Under the pieces are notes generated by a model. That model was not told the origin of the DNA. It did not search any database and saw only the letters and a program-made list of their open reading frames with translations. The translations under genes were made by a program, and so were the position numbers. This document shows, one piece after another, positions 35,434 through 42,667 of a stretch of 43,607 nucleotides of DNA; the stretch's first letter is position 1; each line of letters begins with the position of its first letter. Where the stretch lies: NCBI GenBank assembly GCA_937965665.1, contig CALCJE010000403.1, positions 1 through 43,607 on the forward strand, read 5' to 3'. This stretch comes from an uncultured Bacteroidales bacterium. Its GTDB lineage: Bacteria > Bacteroidota > Bacteroidia > Bacteroidales > UBA4417.

Positions 35434-35745
35434 ATGAAAATGAAACATTCAGAAAAATTTCGTAAAACTACCATTGCGGCAATCATGGTAATCACCGCGG
35501 TATTGCTGGCGAGTTGTGCCAACCAGGAAATTGTGGCTCCCTGTTTAAAGGGGCACACTTTTGGGTTCCTGGGCGGATTGCTTCATGGCTTTATAGCTCC
35601 TTTCGACCTGATAGCTATGCTGTTTCGTGATGATGTTACAGTTTACGCACCCAACAATAACGGTGCCTGGTATGCTTTCGGTTTCCTGATCGGAAGCGGT
35701 GGCTGGGGCTTTTTTGGCGGAAACAGGAGCTCGCGAAAGAAATGA
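35434..35745 (+). CDS. Small glycine-rich lipoprotein/membrane protein, unknown family
   Basis: 103 aa from MKMKHSEKF. Lipobox VLLASC. Two Gly/aromatic hydrophobic segments (FGFLGGLLHGFIAPF and WYAFGFLIGSGGWGFFGG) and a basic C-terminus. Confidence 0.55.
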   Translation: MKMKHSEKFRKTTIAAIMVITAVLLASCANQEIVAPCLKGHTFGFLGGLLHGFIAPFDLIAMLFRDDVTVYAPNNNGAWYAFGFLIGSGGWGFFGGNRSSRKK

Positions 35746-35811
35746 TAACTGTTTGTACCTGATTTGGGTTCGTGAAAACAATATTTGCTAGCGGTATAAG
35801 GAAAGTGCTAT

Positions 35812-36237
35812 TTATTTCCTGGGTACGAATGTCATCATTTCTGTGGTTCCATCCAGTAAAGCCAGTTTGCCACCGGAGATTTCAAGATTTTTAACTTTTC
35901 GCATGGCTTCCAAAAAAAGCATTTCTCCATTACCAGGGCAGGCCATGCGTGTCATGGCACCCAGGTTAAGGCTGATGTTATTATTTTTCGCTTCGTACGT
36001 ACCCGACATACTGTTGCATCCCGTAGATCCGGTAAGCCGCCCATCCTTACTAAAAACAAGGAATGGCATCCCTTTCATAAATTCCTTACTATCTACGGCC
36101 ATGCCCTGCAGGGTACTTAACTCCCATGCCGAAACTGTAAGCTGATCTTTTGCATCGAGTTTACTGCTTGATTTACATGCACTCATGAGCATAACCAAAC
36201 TAATCAAAACGAAGATTCTGACACTAATACTTTTCAT
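35812..36237 (-). CDS. META domain (HslJ-like) lipoprotein
   Basis: 141 aa. Lipobox LMSAC. W.L..L.G, GCNSMSGTY and MTRMACPG with LEAM are the META domain signature. Confidence 0.8.
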   Translation of the reverse strand: MKSISVRIFVLISLVMLMSACKSSSKLDAKDQLTVSAWELSTLQGMAVDSKEFMKGMPFLVFSKDGRLTGSTGCNSMSGTYEAKNNNISLNLGAMTRMACPGNGEMLFLEAMRKVKNLEISGGKLALLDGTTEMMTFVPRK

Positions 36238-36304
36238 AGATACGGGCTTGATTGATTACTTAATTATGTGATCCTTAAAATATAAAACGCAACTATTCAG
36301 CAGC

Positions 36305-36937
36305 CTACTTTTTAAACACACCTTCTTTATTCAGTTGTTTAAGCAGCATCCTGGAGTAGTCTTTAAAAAAGCTCTCCAGGTCAGTAGGATTATATGCATC
36401 TGATTGAATGGAACACAAATGTGTTTCGGTAGCGGCATCGTAAAAGTTGGTTTCGATGAGGTAGGTCAGGTTTTCGGTAATATATCCCGGTTCGGTTTCT
36501 TCATAATAATAATGCCCGTAATAACGGCCATAGCTCCCGTAGTAAGCAGCGGTGGGGTAAAATGTGCGTTCTGGCTGGTACGATTCCTCCTTTTTAATAT
36601 CGATCAGGGCTAACAGGATTACTCCATCGCAACCTGATTGCCTTACAGCCTTCACCAGTATTTCACTGGTTAATGAATCGGATCCCATAAAAGCAGGCGT
36701 TATTACATCACTGCTTTTCACTGCTTTCTGACCCCGGGCAGCAATTAGTTTTGCCATTTCATTTTCGATATACAGCCTGTTTTGCCAATCCCTGGTAAGC
36801 GACATCACAAAAATTGACTTGTACGGTTTTTTGGGCAAAGCCTCCCGGTTTACCCATGAACTTAACACCTGTTGCGGAGGCGTACATGCTGATAATACCA
36901 GCAACAGCAAAAATGCGGTAAAGACTTTTAGGTTCAT
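36305..36937 (-). CDS. Hypothetical lipoprotein
   Basis: 210 aa from MNLKVFTAFLLLLVLSAC (lipobox). The start is trimmed from the longer ORF, which would overlap the upstream gene. No family recognised with confidence. Confidence 0.65.
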   Translation of the reverse strand: MNLKVFTAFLLLLVLSACTPPQQVLSSWVNREALPKKPYKSIFVMSLTRDWQNRLYIENEMAKLIAARGQKAVKSSDVITPAFMGSDSLTSEILVKAVRQSGCDGVILLALIDIKKEESYQPERTFYPTAAYYGSYGRYYGHYYYEETEPGYITENLTYLIETNFYDAATETHLCSIQSDAYNPTDLESFFKDYSRMLLKQLNKEGVFKK

Positions 36938-36986
36938 AACGCTTATTTTAATACTTAATATGTTGATCCTCTTTGCAAACGGCAGG

Positions 36987-37604
36987 CTATTTGATTTTGT
37001 AAACCAAACCAGCGGTAAAGCCAAAGGACCAGATAGGAACATTTCCTGATAATCCTACACCTGAGCCACCGGTTCCCCAGAAGAAACTGCCTCCTGAGCT
37101 GGTAATCGGCAACGCCAGGTTTGTTTGAAGCCTGAACCCCAAATTATCATTGTCCATGATCTTTAAACCAGCAAGAAAGCCAACCGAAAATTTAGTAACC
37201 GTGTTGAAGCTATTATTGCCCGAACCCAGCCAGCCGGCACCCAGGTTAAAACCTGAAAACCCTGCCACTTTTTCGTTAGCCGGGAAAATACGCTGACCGC
37301 CAATTAACATGTAATTTACGTTAACCGGGGTATCAACAAATTCAAAGCCTGAATAACCGGATTGAGCTGTAGCATTGGTCTGGTAACGGTAATACGAAAT
37401 TTCGATGGCATTATACATACCTGCTTTATATGTGAGTGCTCCACCATAGGTAAACCCATCGTTAACCCGGGCACGTCCATTGGTAATATTTACAGTACTC
37501 CGGAAGGTGTATCCTGCAAAGGGCGTAAGTTCAATGCTTTGTGCGAAGACAGAATTACCAGTAGAAATTACTAAAAAAGCAAGAAGCAGTATTTTGTTTT
37601 TCAT
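36987..37604 (-). CDS. Small outer-membrane beta-barrel protein (OmpW/OmpA-barrel-like porin family)
   Basis: 205 aa from MKNKILLLAFLVISTGNSVFAQ (signal peptide). Alternating aromatic/Gly beta-strand pattern and a C-terminal FGFTAGLVYKIK ending with an aromatic residue near the terminus. Confidence 0.75.
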   Translation of the reverse strand: MKNKILLLAFLVISTGNSVFAQSIELTPFAGYTFRSTVNITNGRARVNDGFTYGGALTYKAGMYNAIEISYYRYQTNATAQSGYSGFEFVDTPVNVNYMLIGGQRIFPANEKVAGFSGFNLGAGWLGSGNNSFNTVTKFSVGFLAGLKIMDNDNLGFRLQTNLALPITSSGGSFFWGTGGSGVGLSGNVPIWSFGFTAGLVYKIK

Positions 37605-37658
37605 GACCCAAATTGTGTGGGGTTCGACAATTTTATTTTTAAACCGGGTATTGATTTT

Positions 37659-37666
37659 CAAAGATA
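37659..37666 (-). promoter_or_regulatory. -7 promoter box (TAtcTTTG on the minus strand) for the OMP-lipoprotein-META genes
   Basis: Plus strand reads caaagata, 54 nt upstream of the ATG at 37604. Confidence 0.4.
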
Positions 37667-37761
37667 GCGAAAAATGTAATAATGACAAAGCAATGCATGG
37701 GCATAGAAAATTCTTGTTTTCGTGTATCATTAATATTTTAGCAGGCTGAATTATTTATTCG

Positions 37762-37769
37762 TAAATTTG
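37762..37769 (+). promoter_or_regulatory. -7 promoter box TAaaTTTG for paralog A
   Basis: taaatttg lies 33 nt upstream of the ATG at 37803. This supports the MKKYLLLF start rather than the ORF-track start at 37767. Confidence 0.5.
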
Positions 37770-37802
37770 ATAATCAATTCCCAGGAAATTAAACCAAACA
37801 TC

Positions 37803-38882
37803 ATGAAAAAATACTTACTGCTATTTCTGATCATAGCCATAAATACCTTCAGCGCTAAAGTTTTTGCGCAAAGTGCGAGCGACACTACACTGTTAGGTTT
37901 GCCAGGTGATAACCTCGACCTGTATGCTGTACTTGAGCTTTTCCAAAAATCGAAGACGATTGAGGATTTTGAAAAGACACTGAACGAAGAAAAAACCGGA
38001 ATAAATAACCTGGATTTAAACCTGGATAAGAAAGTTGATTTTATAAAGGTAACCACCAAGCAAAAAGATAAAGATTTCACTTTTATTTTACAGGTTGATG
38101 TTACTGAAAAAGAAGTTCAGGACGTTGCTGTAATCCTGGTATCGAAGGATAAAAATGATAAAGTGTCGCTGCAGATTGTTGGAGACAAAGACCTGTACGG
38201 CAAGGACTATGTTATTGAGCCAAAGCCTGCTGCTACGGCTAATCCTGCTTATGGCGGTACCGATCCGATTGCGGCTGCCTCAACTCCAACAACTGTTGTA
38301 GTGGTTGAATCGGCGCCCATTGTTCAATACGTATATTCACCGGTCTATGTACCATATTATCCACCTTACCATTACGGGTATTATCCACCCTATTTTGCAG
38401 CATTTACCGTGATGGCGATTGGGGTTTACCACCACAACAATTACTATCATCATGCAGGATACCATGGCGGGTATGGGAATAACACGGTTATCATTCACAA
38501 TACCAATAATTACAACAACTACAATAACTCCCGCAACACCTCCAACACCGTGAACAATAATAAGGCGAGCGGGAATTATGGCTCGAACAGGGCTTCAACA
38601 AGCCAAACGAAGGGATCTTCTGCATCAACCCGGCAATCGGCATCACCTTCAACCAATCCATCGCGGGGATCAACCTCAACCAATAACCGTACATCCGCTG
38701 CTCCATCAACAAAACAGTCGATGGGGTCCTCACCATCACGTCCTTCGGCATCACCCTCGGCACAACCAACCCGGTCCTCAAATTCATCATCGGCCAGGCC
38801 GGCTACAACCAGCGGGTCACGTTCAGGCAGCGGCGGATTTAACGGTGGTGGCCGCGGAGGTGGCGGAGGCAGGCGTCGGTAA
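37803..38882 (+). CDS. Secreted protein, paralog A: acidic N-domain, Tyr/Pro-rich patch, acid-free S/T/N/R/P tail ending GGGRGGGGGRRR
   Basis: 359 aa. Signal peptide MKKYLLLFLIIAINTFSAKVFAQ. A conserved ~115-aa domain (DTTLLGLPGDNLDLYAVLELFQKSKTIEDFEK...). A YVYSPVYVPYYPPYHYGYYPPYF patch. The last ~125 aa have 13 Arg and no Asp/Glu. Confidence 0.8.
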   Translation: MKKYLLLFLIIAINTFSAKVFAQSASDTTLLGLPGDNLDLYAVLELFQKSKTIEDFEKTLNEEKTGINNLDLNLDKKVDFIKVTTKQKDKDFTFILQVDVTEKEVQDVAVILVSKDKNDKVSLQIVGDKDLYGKDYVIEPKPAATANPAYGGTDPIAAASTPTTVVVVESAPIVQYVYSPVYVPYYPPYHYGYYPPYFAAFTVMAIGVYHHNNYYHHAGYHGGYGNNTVIIHNTNNYNNYNNSRNTSNTVNNNKASGNYGSNRASTSQTKGSSASTRQSASPSTNPSRGSTSTNNRTSAAPSTKQSMGSSPSRPSASPSAQPTRSSNSSSARPATTSGSRSGSGGFNGGGRGGGGGRRR

Positions 38883-38918
38883 TAATACTGATGTTGAGCA
38901 TAAAATTTTAAACAGGTT

Positions 38919-38946
38919 GAGGGTTCTGGTATAAACTGAAACCCTC
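38919..38946 (+). terminator. Hairpin between the paralogs (possible weak terminator)
   Basis: GAGGGTT-14 nt-AACCCTC. There is no clear T-run afterwards. Confidence 0.3.
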
Positions 38947-39031
38947 ATTCCGTTATATGGCTGGCCTAAATTTATTACGAATGGCATGATTTCCATCCAG
39001 TTTCCATATATGTTTTCTGGGGGAATTTTTG

Positions 39032-39039
39032 TATTTTTG
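39032..39039 (+). promoter_or_regulatory. -7 promoter box TAttTTTG for paralog B
   Basis: tatttttg lies 25 nt upstream of the ATG at 39065. The ORF-track ATG at 39044 would sit at or before the predicted transcription start. Confidence 0.5.
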
Positions 39040-39064
39040 ATTTATGAATCTAAAACGGATTGAG

Positions 39065-40252
39065 ATGAAAAAATATTTGCTGTTATTCCTGATACCGGCT
39101 TTAAGCCTGTTTAGCATTCCTGCTTTTTCGCAAACCGAAAGCCAGACCGAGCAGGACACAACTTTATTGGGACTGCCGGGCGATAACCTTAACCTGTATG
39201 CTGTTTTAGATCTTTTCCAGAAATCAAAAACCATCGAAGACTTTGAAAAAGAGTTAAACCTGGAGAAAACCGGGATTAACAACCTTGACCTGAACCTGGA
39301 CAAAAAAGTTGATTTTATTAAGGTTATAACGAAGCAAAAAGACAAGGATTTTACATTTATTCTCCAAGTAGATGTAAACGATAAGGAAAAACAAGATGTG
39401 GCGGTTATACTCGTTTCGAAGGATAAAAATGATAAAGTCACACTGCAGATTGTTGGCGACAAAGATCTGTATGGCAAAGACTATATAGTTGAACCCCAGG
39501 CCACAACAACACCTTCGGTTACCGCTAACCCTGCATACAAAGGAGACGATCCGGTAATTGTTAATGTACCGGCAAAAACAACTACCGTGGTAGTTGAATC
39601 GGCACCTATTGTGCAATACGTTTATTCACCGGCCTATGCACCTTATTATCCGCCATACTATTACGGTTACTATCCCCCCTATTTCAATCCATTCCCGATA
39701 ATAGCGGTTGGTATGTACTGGGGTATGCATGCAGCCTACTGGCATGGCGGGCATGGGTATCATGGCAATACTACCGTTATTCACAACACGAATAATTTCA
39801 ACAACTACAATAATTCACGCAACAGTTCAAACACCGTTAACCATAATAAAGCGAGCGGAAATTATGGCGGAAACAGGGGTTCGGCATCAACACGGCCCTC
39901 AACCGGTACCTCAAACCGGCCATCAACCCGCCCCTCAGCCGGAACATCAAACAGGCCTTCAGCAGGGGCATCCACCCGGCCCTCGACCGGCGCTTCAACA
40001 CGTCCATCAACGGGAGCATCAGGCCGTCCATCTGCCGGAGCTTCTCCATCAACACGCCCATCAACATCAGGTAACTATTCCCGGCCTTCAGGTTCATCAA
40101 ATTCGTATGGCGGAGGCGGACGCACCGGTGGTAGCTACAGTGGAAGCGGTCGCAGCAGTGGCTTTAGCGGAAGTGGTGGTTCACGCAGTAGTGGCGGATT
40201 CAGCGGTGGTGGTCGCGGAGGCGGCGGAGGCCGTGGCGGTGGAAGAAGATAA
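39065..40252 (+). CDS. Secreted protein, paralog B: same architecture as paralog A, with heptapeptide repeats and a longer RGG-type tail
   Basis: 395 aa. Signal peptide MKKYLLLFLIPALSLFSIPAFSQ. The N-domain is roughly 90% identical to paralog A by eye. A YVYSPAYAPYYPPYYYGYYPPYF patch. The tail has about 18 Arg and no Asp/Glu, and ends GGGRGGGGGRGGGRR. Confidence 0.8.
   Translation: MKKYLLLFLIPALSLFSIPAFSQTESQTEQDTTLLGLPGDNLNLYAVLDLFQKSKTIEDFEKELNLEKTGINNLDLNLDKKVDFIKVITKQKDKDFTFILQVDVNDKEKQDVAVILVSKDKNDKVTLQIVGDKDLYGKDYIVEPQATTTPSVTANPAYKGDDPVIVNVPAKTTTVVVESAPIVQYVYSPAYAPYYPPYYYGYYPPYFNPFPIIAVGMYWGMHAAYWHGGHGYHGNTTVIHNTNNFNNYNNSRNSSNTVNHNKASGNYGGNRGSASTRPSTGTSNRPSTRPSAGTSNRPSAGASTRPSTGASTRPSTGASGRPSAGASPSTRPSTSGNYSRPSGSSNSYGGGGRTGGSYSGSGRSSGFSGSGGSRSSGGFSGGGRGGGGGRGGGRR
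39881..40075 (+). repeat. In-frame degenerate 21-nt tandem repeats inside paralog B
   Basis: Encodes about 8 units of (S/T)(T/N/G)RPS(T/A)G(A/T): STRPSTGTS NRPSTRPSAGTS NRPSAGAS TRPSTGAS TRPSTGAS GRPSAGAS. Codons differ between units. Confidence 0.75.
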
Positions 40253-40309
40253 AATTTGAAACTTTCATTTTAGCATTTACCCACTGAATTTACCTACTAT
40301 AAACTGCAA

Positions 40310-40340
40310 AAGCTGTTCTCCCGGGAACGGCTTTTTTTTT
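40310..40340 (+). terminator. Intrinsic terminator after paralog B
   Basis: GCTGTTC-tcccgg-GAACGGC (7-bp stem including one G-U pair) followed by T9. Confidence 0.7.
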
Positions 40341-40552
40341 AACCTACCCTGTCCCTTTTTGCAAATTGATTATGAAGATTTCACCCGGCCCTTTCGGGAC
40401 AAAGATTTTACCCGGTTGACCGGTCAATCACAGTCCCTGGTTTTAACCCGGAGAACCGGAACTACACCAACCTGGCTTTTATTGACTTTTAGGGTGGAGA
40501 CTGCAGGCTATGATTCGGAACCTGCAAAATATGGTAACTATGCTGAAGCTAA

Positions 40553-40593
40553 AATAAAAAAACTGCCAATGTGTTGCAATGGCAGTTTTTTTT
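40553..40593. terminator. Bidirectional intrinsic terminator (serves the NTF2-like gene on the minus strand)
   Basis: A10, then CTGCCA...TGGCAG stem (6 bp plus 2 further pairs), then T8. It lies 28 nt past the stop at 40614. Confidence 0.65.
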
Positions 40594-40613
40594 ATTGGGC
40601 AATTTACAGGGGC

Positions 40614-41102
40614 TTATTCAGGAGTAGCATGCGAAGTAGCCATATCGCGGGTACAAACGTACTTGCCATTTCGTTTTGCAAAGAAACTGAAGTAGTGCCC
40701 GTTCTGCAATACCTTGCCGGTGGAATCAACACGTTTGTAAGATCCGATTTCAGCTACATTGTTGCCATCATCGGTAACATAGATTTCCATGGTTTCGTTT
40801 ATAATTTTAGCCCCTTTTGGAAAATCCTTTAGTTCTTCGATGATAAACTGATGAATGGCTTCCTTGCCTTTTATGGGTTCCTGACCCACAAAATAGCTCA
40901 CTGCACTGTCGCCATAATAGGTCAGCGAATCGACATTCCTGTGTGTGTAAACCGCAGCGAATTTGTTTTCAATTTCCTGAATTTCGGCTTTCACTTTTTC
41001 TTTATCAATAACAGGTTTTGCCTTTTGCTGACTGCAGGCTACCAATATCAATAGCATTAAAGCCATCAATCCGCCCAAACTAATCTTGTTCTTCATAATC
41101 AT
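40614..41102 (-). CDS. NTF2-fold (SnoaL/DUF4440-like) lipoprotein
   Basis: 162 aa. Lipobox LILVAC. Its size and pattern (EIQEIENKFAAVY ... YYGDSAV ... G.EAI..FI ... G.YKRVD..GKV...G.YFSFF.KRNGKYV) are typical of DUF4440/SnoaL-like proteins. Confidence 0.6.
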   Translation of the reverse strand: MIMKNKISLGGLMALMLLILVACSQQKAKPVIDKEKVKAEIQEIENKFAAVYTHRNVDSLTYYGDSAVSYFVGQEPIKGKEAIHQFIIEELKDFPKGAKIINETMEIYVTDDGNNVAEIGSYKRVDSTGKVLQNGHYFSFFAKRNGKYVCTRDMATSHATPE

Positions 41103-41241
41103 GTTACTTTTAAATGTTATTAGAAGTTTGATATTTATGCTTTTAATCCAAAAACCTTGATACCGTACTGAAGATAAATCAGCTTGATTTCACCAGCTTG
41201 CTGAATCAGAAAGCATTATTCAAAATTACTTGCAGGCTGGC

Positions 41242-42666
41242 TTATTTTGCATCCCATCCGCCACCCAGGGCCTTGAACAGGTTAACTACAGCAATATTCT
41301 GCTGGGTTTGGGCAGTGGATTCGTTAAATTCGGCGGCAAAAAGGTTATCCTGCTGTATGAGCAGTTCCAGGTAGTTGGTGTACCCGTCGTAGTAGCGAGC
41401 TTCGGTCAGGCTATAGGCTTTTGAAGCTGCTTCAAGTGCTGATTTATAGGCCAGGTATTCCTGTTTATTGAGTCGTAGCGATGCCAGTGAATTATCTACT
41501 TCAGCGAAAGCATTTAAAACCGTTTTTTGATACTGGTAACTGTATTGATCTGCCTTGTAACGCTGTGCTTCTACCCTTCTTTTATTTTTGCCGAACTCGA
41601 AGATGGGACCAAATATGCTGCCACCTACACCAAGTGCAAGCGAGGCCGGATCAACAATGGTGGCAAGGTCGGGAGTAGCGGTTCCCAGGAATCCGGTAAG
41701 GCTGATGGAAGGGAATCGCATGGCCGTGGCTACTCCTATTTCCTCGGTTTGCGAAATAAGGGTTTGTTCGGCAGCAATAATATCGGGCCTGCGGAGCAGC
41801 AAATCGGAAGGTATGCCCGCGGGGATCTCGGGGGGTAACTGCTGGTCATAGATGCTGTTGCCACGCTCAATCAGCCCGGGTGTAAGCCCGGTTAAAACCC
41901 GAAGGGCATTCTGGGTAATAATCACTGTACGCTCGGCATTCGGAACTGCAGCCTGAGCAATTGCTAATTGTTGCTGAGCCTGCAGTTTATCCAGTTCCGA
42001 AACATATCCTTTACTAAATCTTTCGGAGATAATCTTCAGGGATTCAGTCCGCGACTGAACAGCTTTATTTGCAATAGCCAGCCTGTTATCGGCATCGCGA
42101 AGCAGGAAATAAAAGGTAGCCGTTTCGGCGATAAGGCTTACCCGGACGGCCTGGGCATTATTTTCTGTTGCCAGGAACTGCGCCCAGGCTGAGCGTTTCT
42201 GATGGCGAAGCTTCCCGAACAGGTCAATTTCCCAATTCATGGTAGCGTAGCCACTGTAAGCCTGCCCGTTAACACCGGCACCAACTTTCTGTGCATTGTC
42301 GCCAACATCATTGTACCCTGCTTTTACACTATAGCCGAACGAAGGGTACAATTCTGATTTTGTAAAACCGTAAATAGCCCGTGCTTCCTCAACCCTCGAA
42401 ATTGCAGTAAGCAGGTCGAGGTTGCTGCTCAGAACAGTTTTGATCAGGTTGGTAAGCGCCGGATCTTTATACACTTCGGTCCAGCCGATAAGCGCAACTG
42501 AATCTTTGTACGCTGAAGAATCAAGTACAATGGTTGAAACCGCAACCGACGCATCACCACCACTATATGCGGTGTTTGCTTTCATTTGCGGACGTTCATA
42601 TTTTGGCCCAACCAGGCATGATGAGAGTCCGGCGATGAGTAATATTATGCTAAGAATCTTCTTCAT
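41242..42666 (-). CDS. RND efflux outer membrane factor lipoprotein (NodT family)
   Basis: 474 aa from MKKILSIILLIAGLSSC (lipobox). VGPKYERP follows the lipobox, RPDI..AE is a mid-protein motif, and the C-terminal LFKALGGGW is the NodT signature. The ATG lies 1 nt after the RND stop. Confidence 0.9.
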   Translation of the reverse strand: MKKILSIILLIAGLSSCLVGPKYERPQMKANTAYSGGDASVAVSTIVLDSSAYKDSVALIGWTEVYKDPALTNLIKTVLSSNLDLLTAISRVEEARAIYGFTKSELYPSFGYSVKAGYNDVGDNAQKVGAGVNGQAYSGYATMNWEIDLFGKLRHQKRSAWAQFLATENNAQAVRVSLIAETATFYFLLRDADNRLAIANKAVQSRTESLKIISERFSKGYVSELDKLQAQQQLAIAQAAVPNAERTVIITQNALRVLTGLTPGLIERGNSIYDQQLPPEIPAGIPSDLLLRRPDIIAAEQTLISQTEEIGVATAMRFPSISLTGFLGTATPDLATIVDPASLALGVGGSIFGPIFEFGKNKRRVEAQRYKADQYSYQYQKTVLNAFAEVDNSLASLRLNKQEYLAYKSALEAASKAYSLTEARYYDGYTNYLELLIQQDNLFAAEFNESTAQTQQNIAVVNLFKALGGGWDAK

Positions 42667-42667
42667 A

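Noticed and set aside
38010-38045. EF-hand-like calcium loop DLNLDKKVDFIK in the N-domain of both paralogs (the equivalent in B is around 39281-39316).
   Set aside because: The pattern D-x-N-x-D-x-x-V-D fits positions 1, 3, 5, 8 and 9. However, position 6 is Lys rather than Gly and position 12 is Lys rather than Glu/Asp, so Ca2+ binding cannot be claimed from sequence alone.
37751-38080. 109-aa minus-strand ORF antisense to paralog A. A similar 174-aa ORF (38953..39477) lies antisense to paralog B, and the two peptides resemble each other.
   Set aside because: Their similarity is a by-product of conservation of the sense-strand paralogs. They lack promoter boxes, have a Ser/Phe/Leu-rich composition typical of antisense frames, and overlap well-supported genes.
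39708-40259. 183-aa plus-strand ORF (His/Gln/Pro-rich) in an alternative frame of the paralog B tail. A 118-aa analogue lies at 38578..38934 in paralog A.
   Set aside because: These are open frames created by the low-complexity, stop-poor repeat DNA. The main frame is continuous with the conserved N-terminal domain and ends at a terminator.
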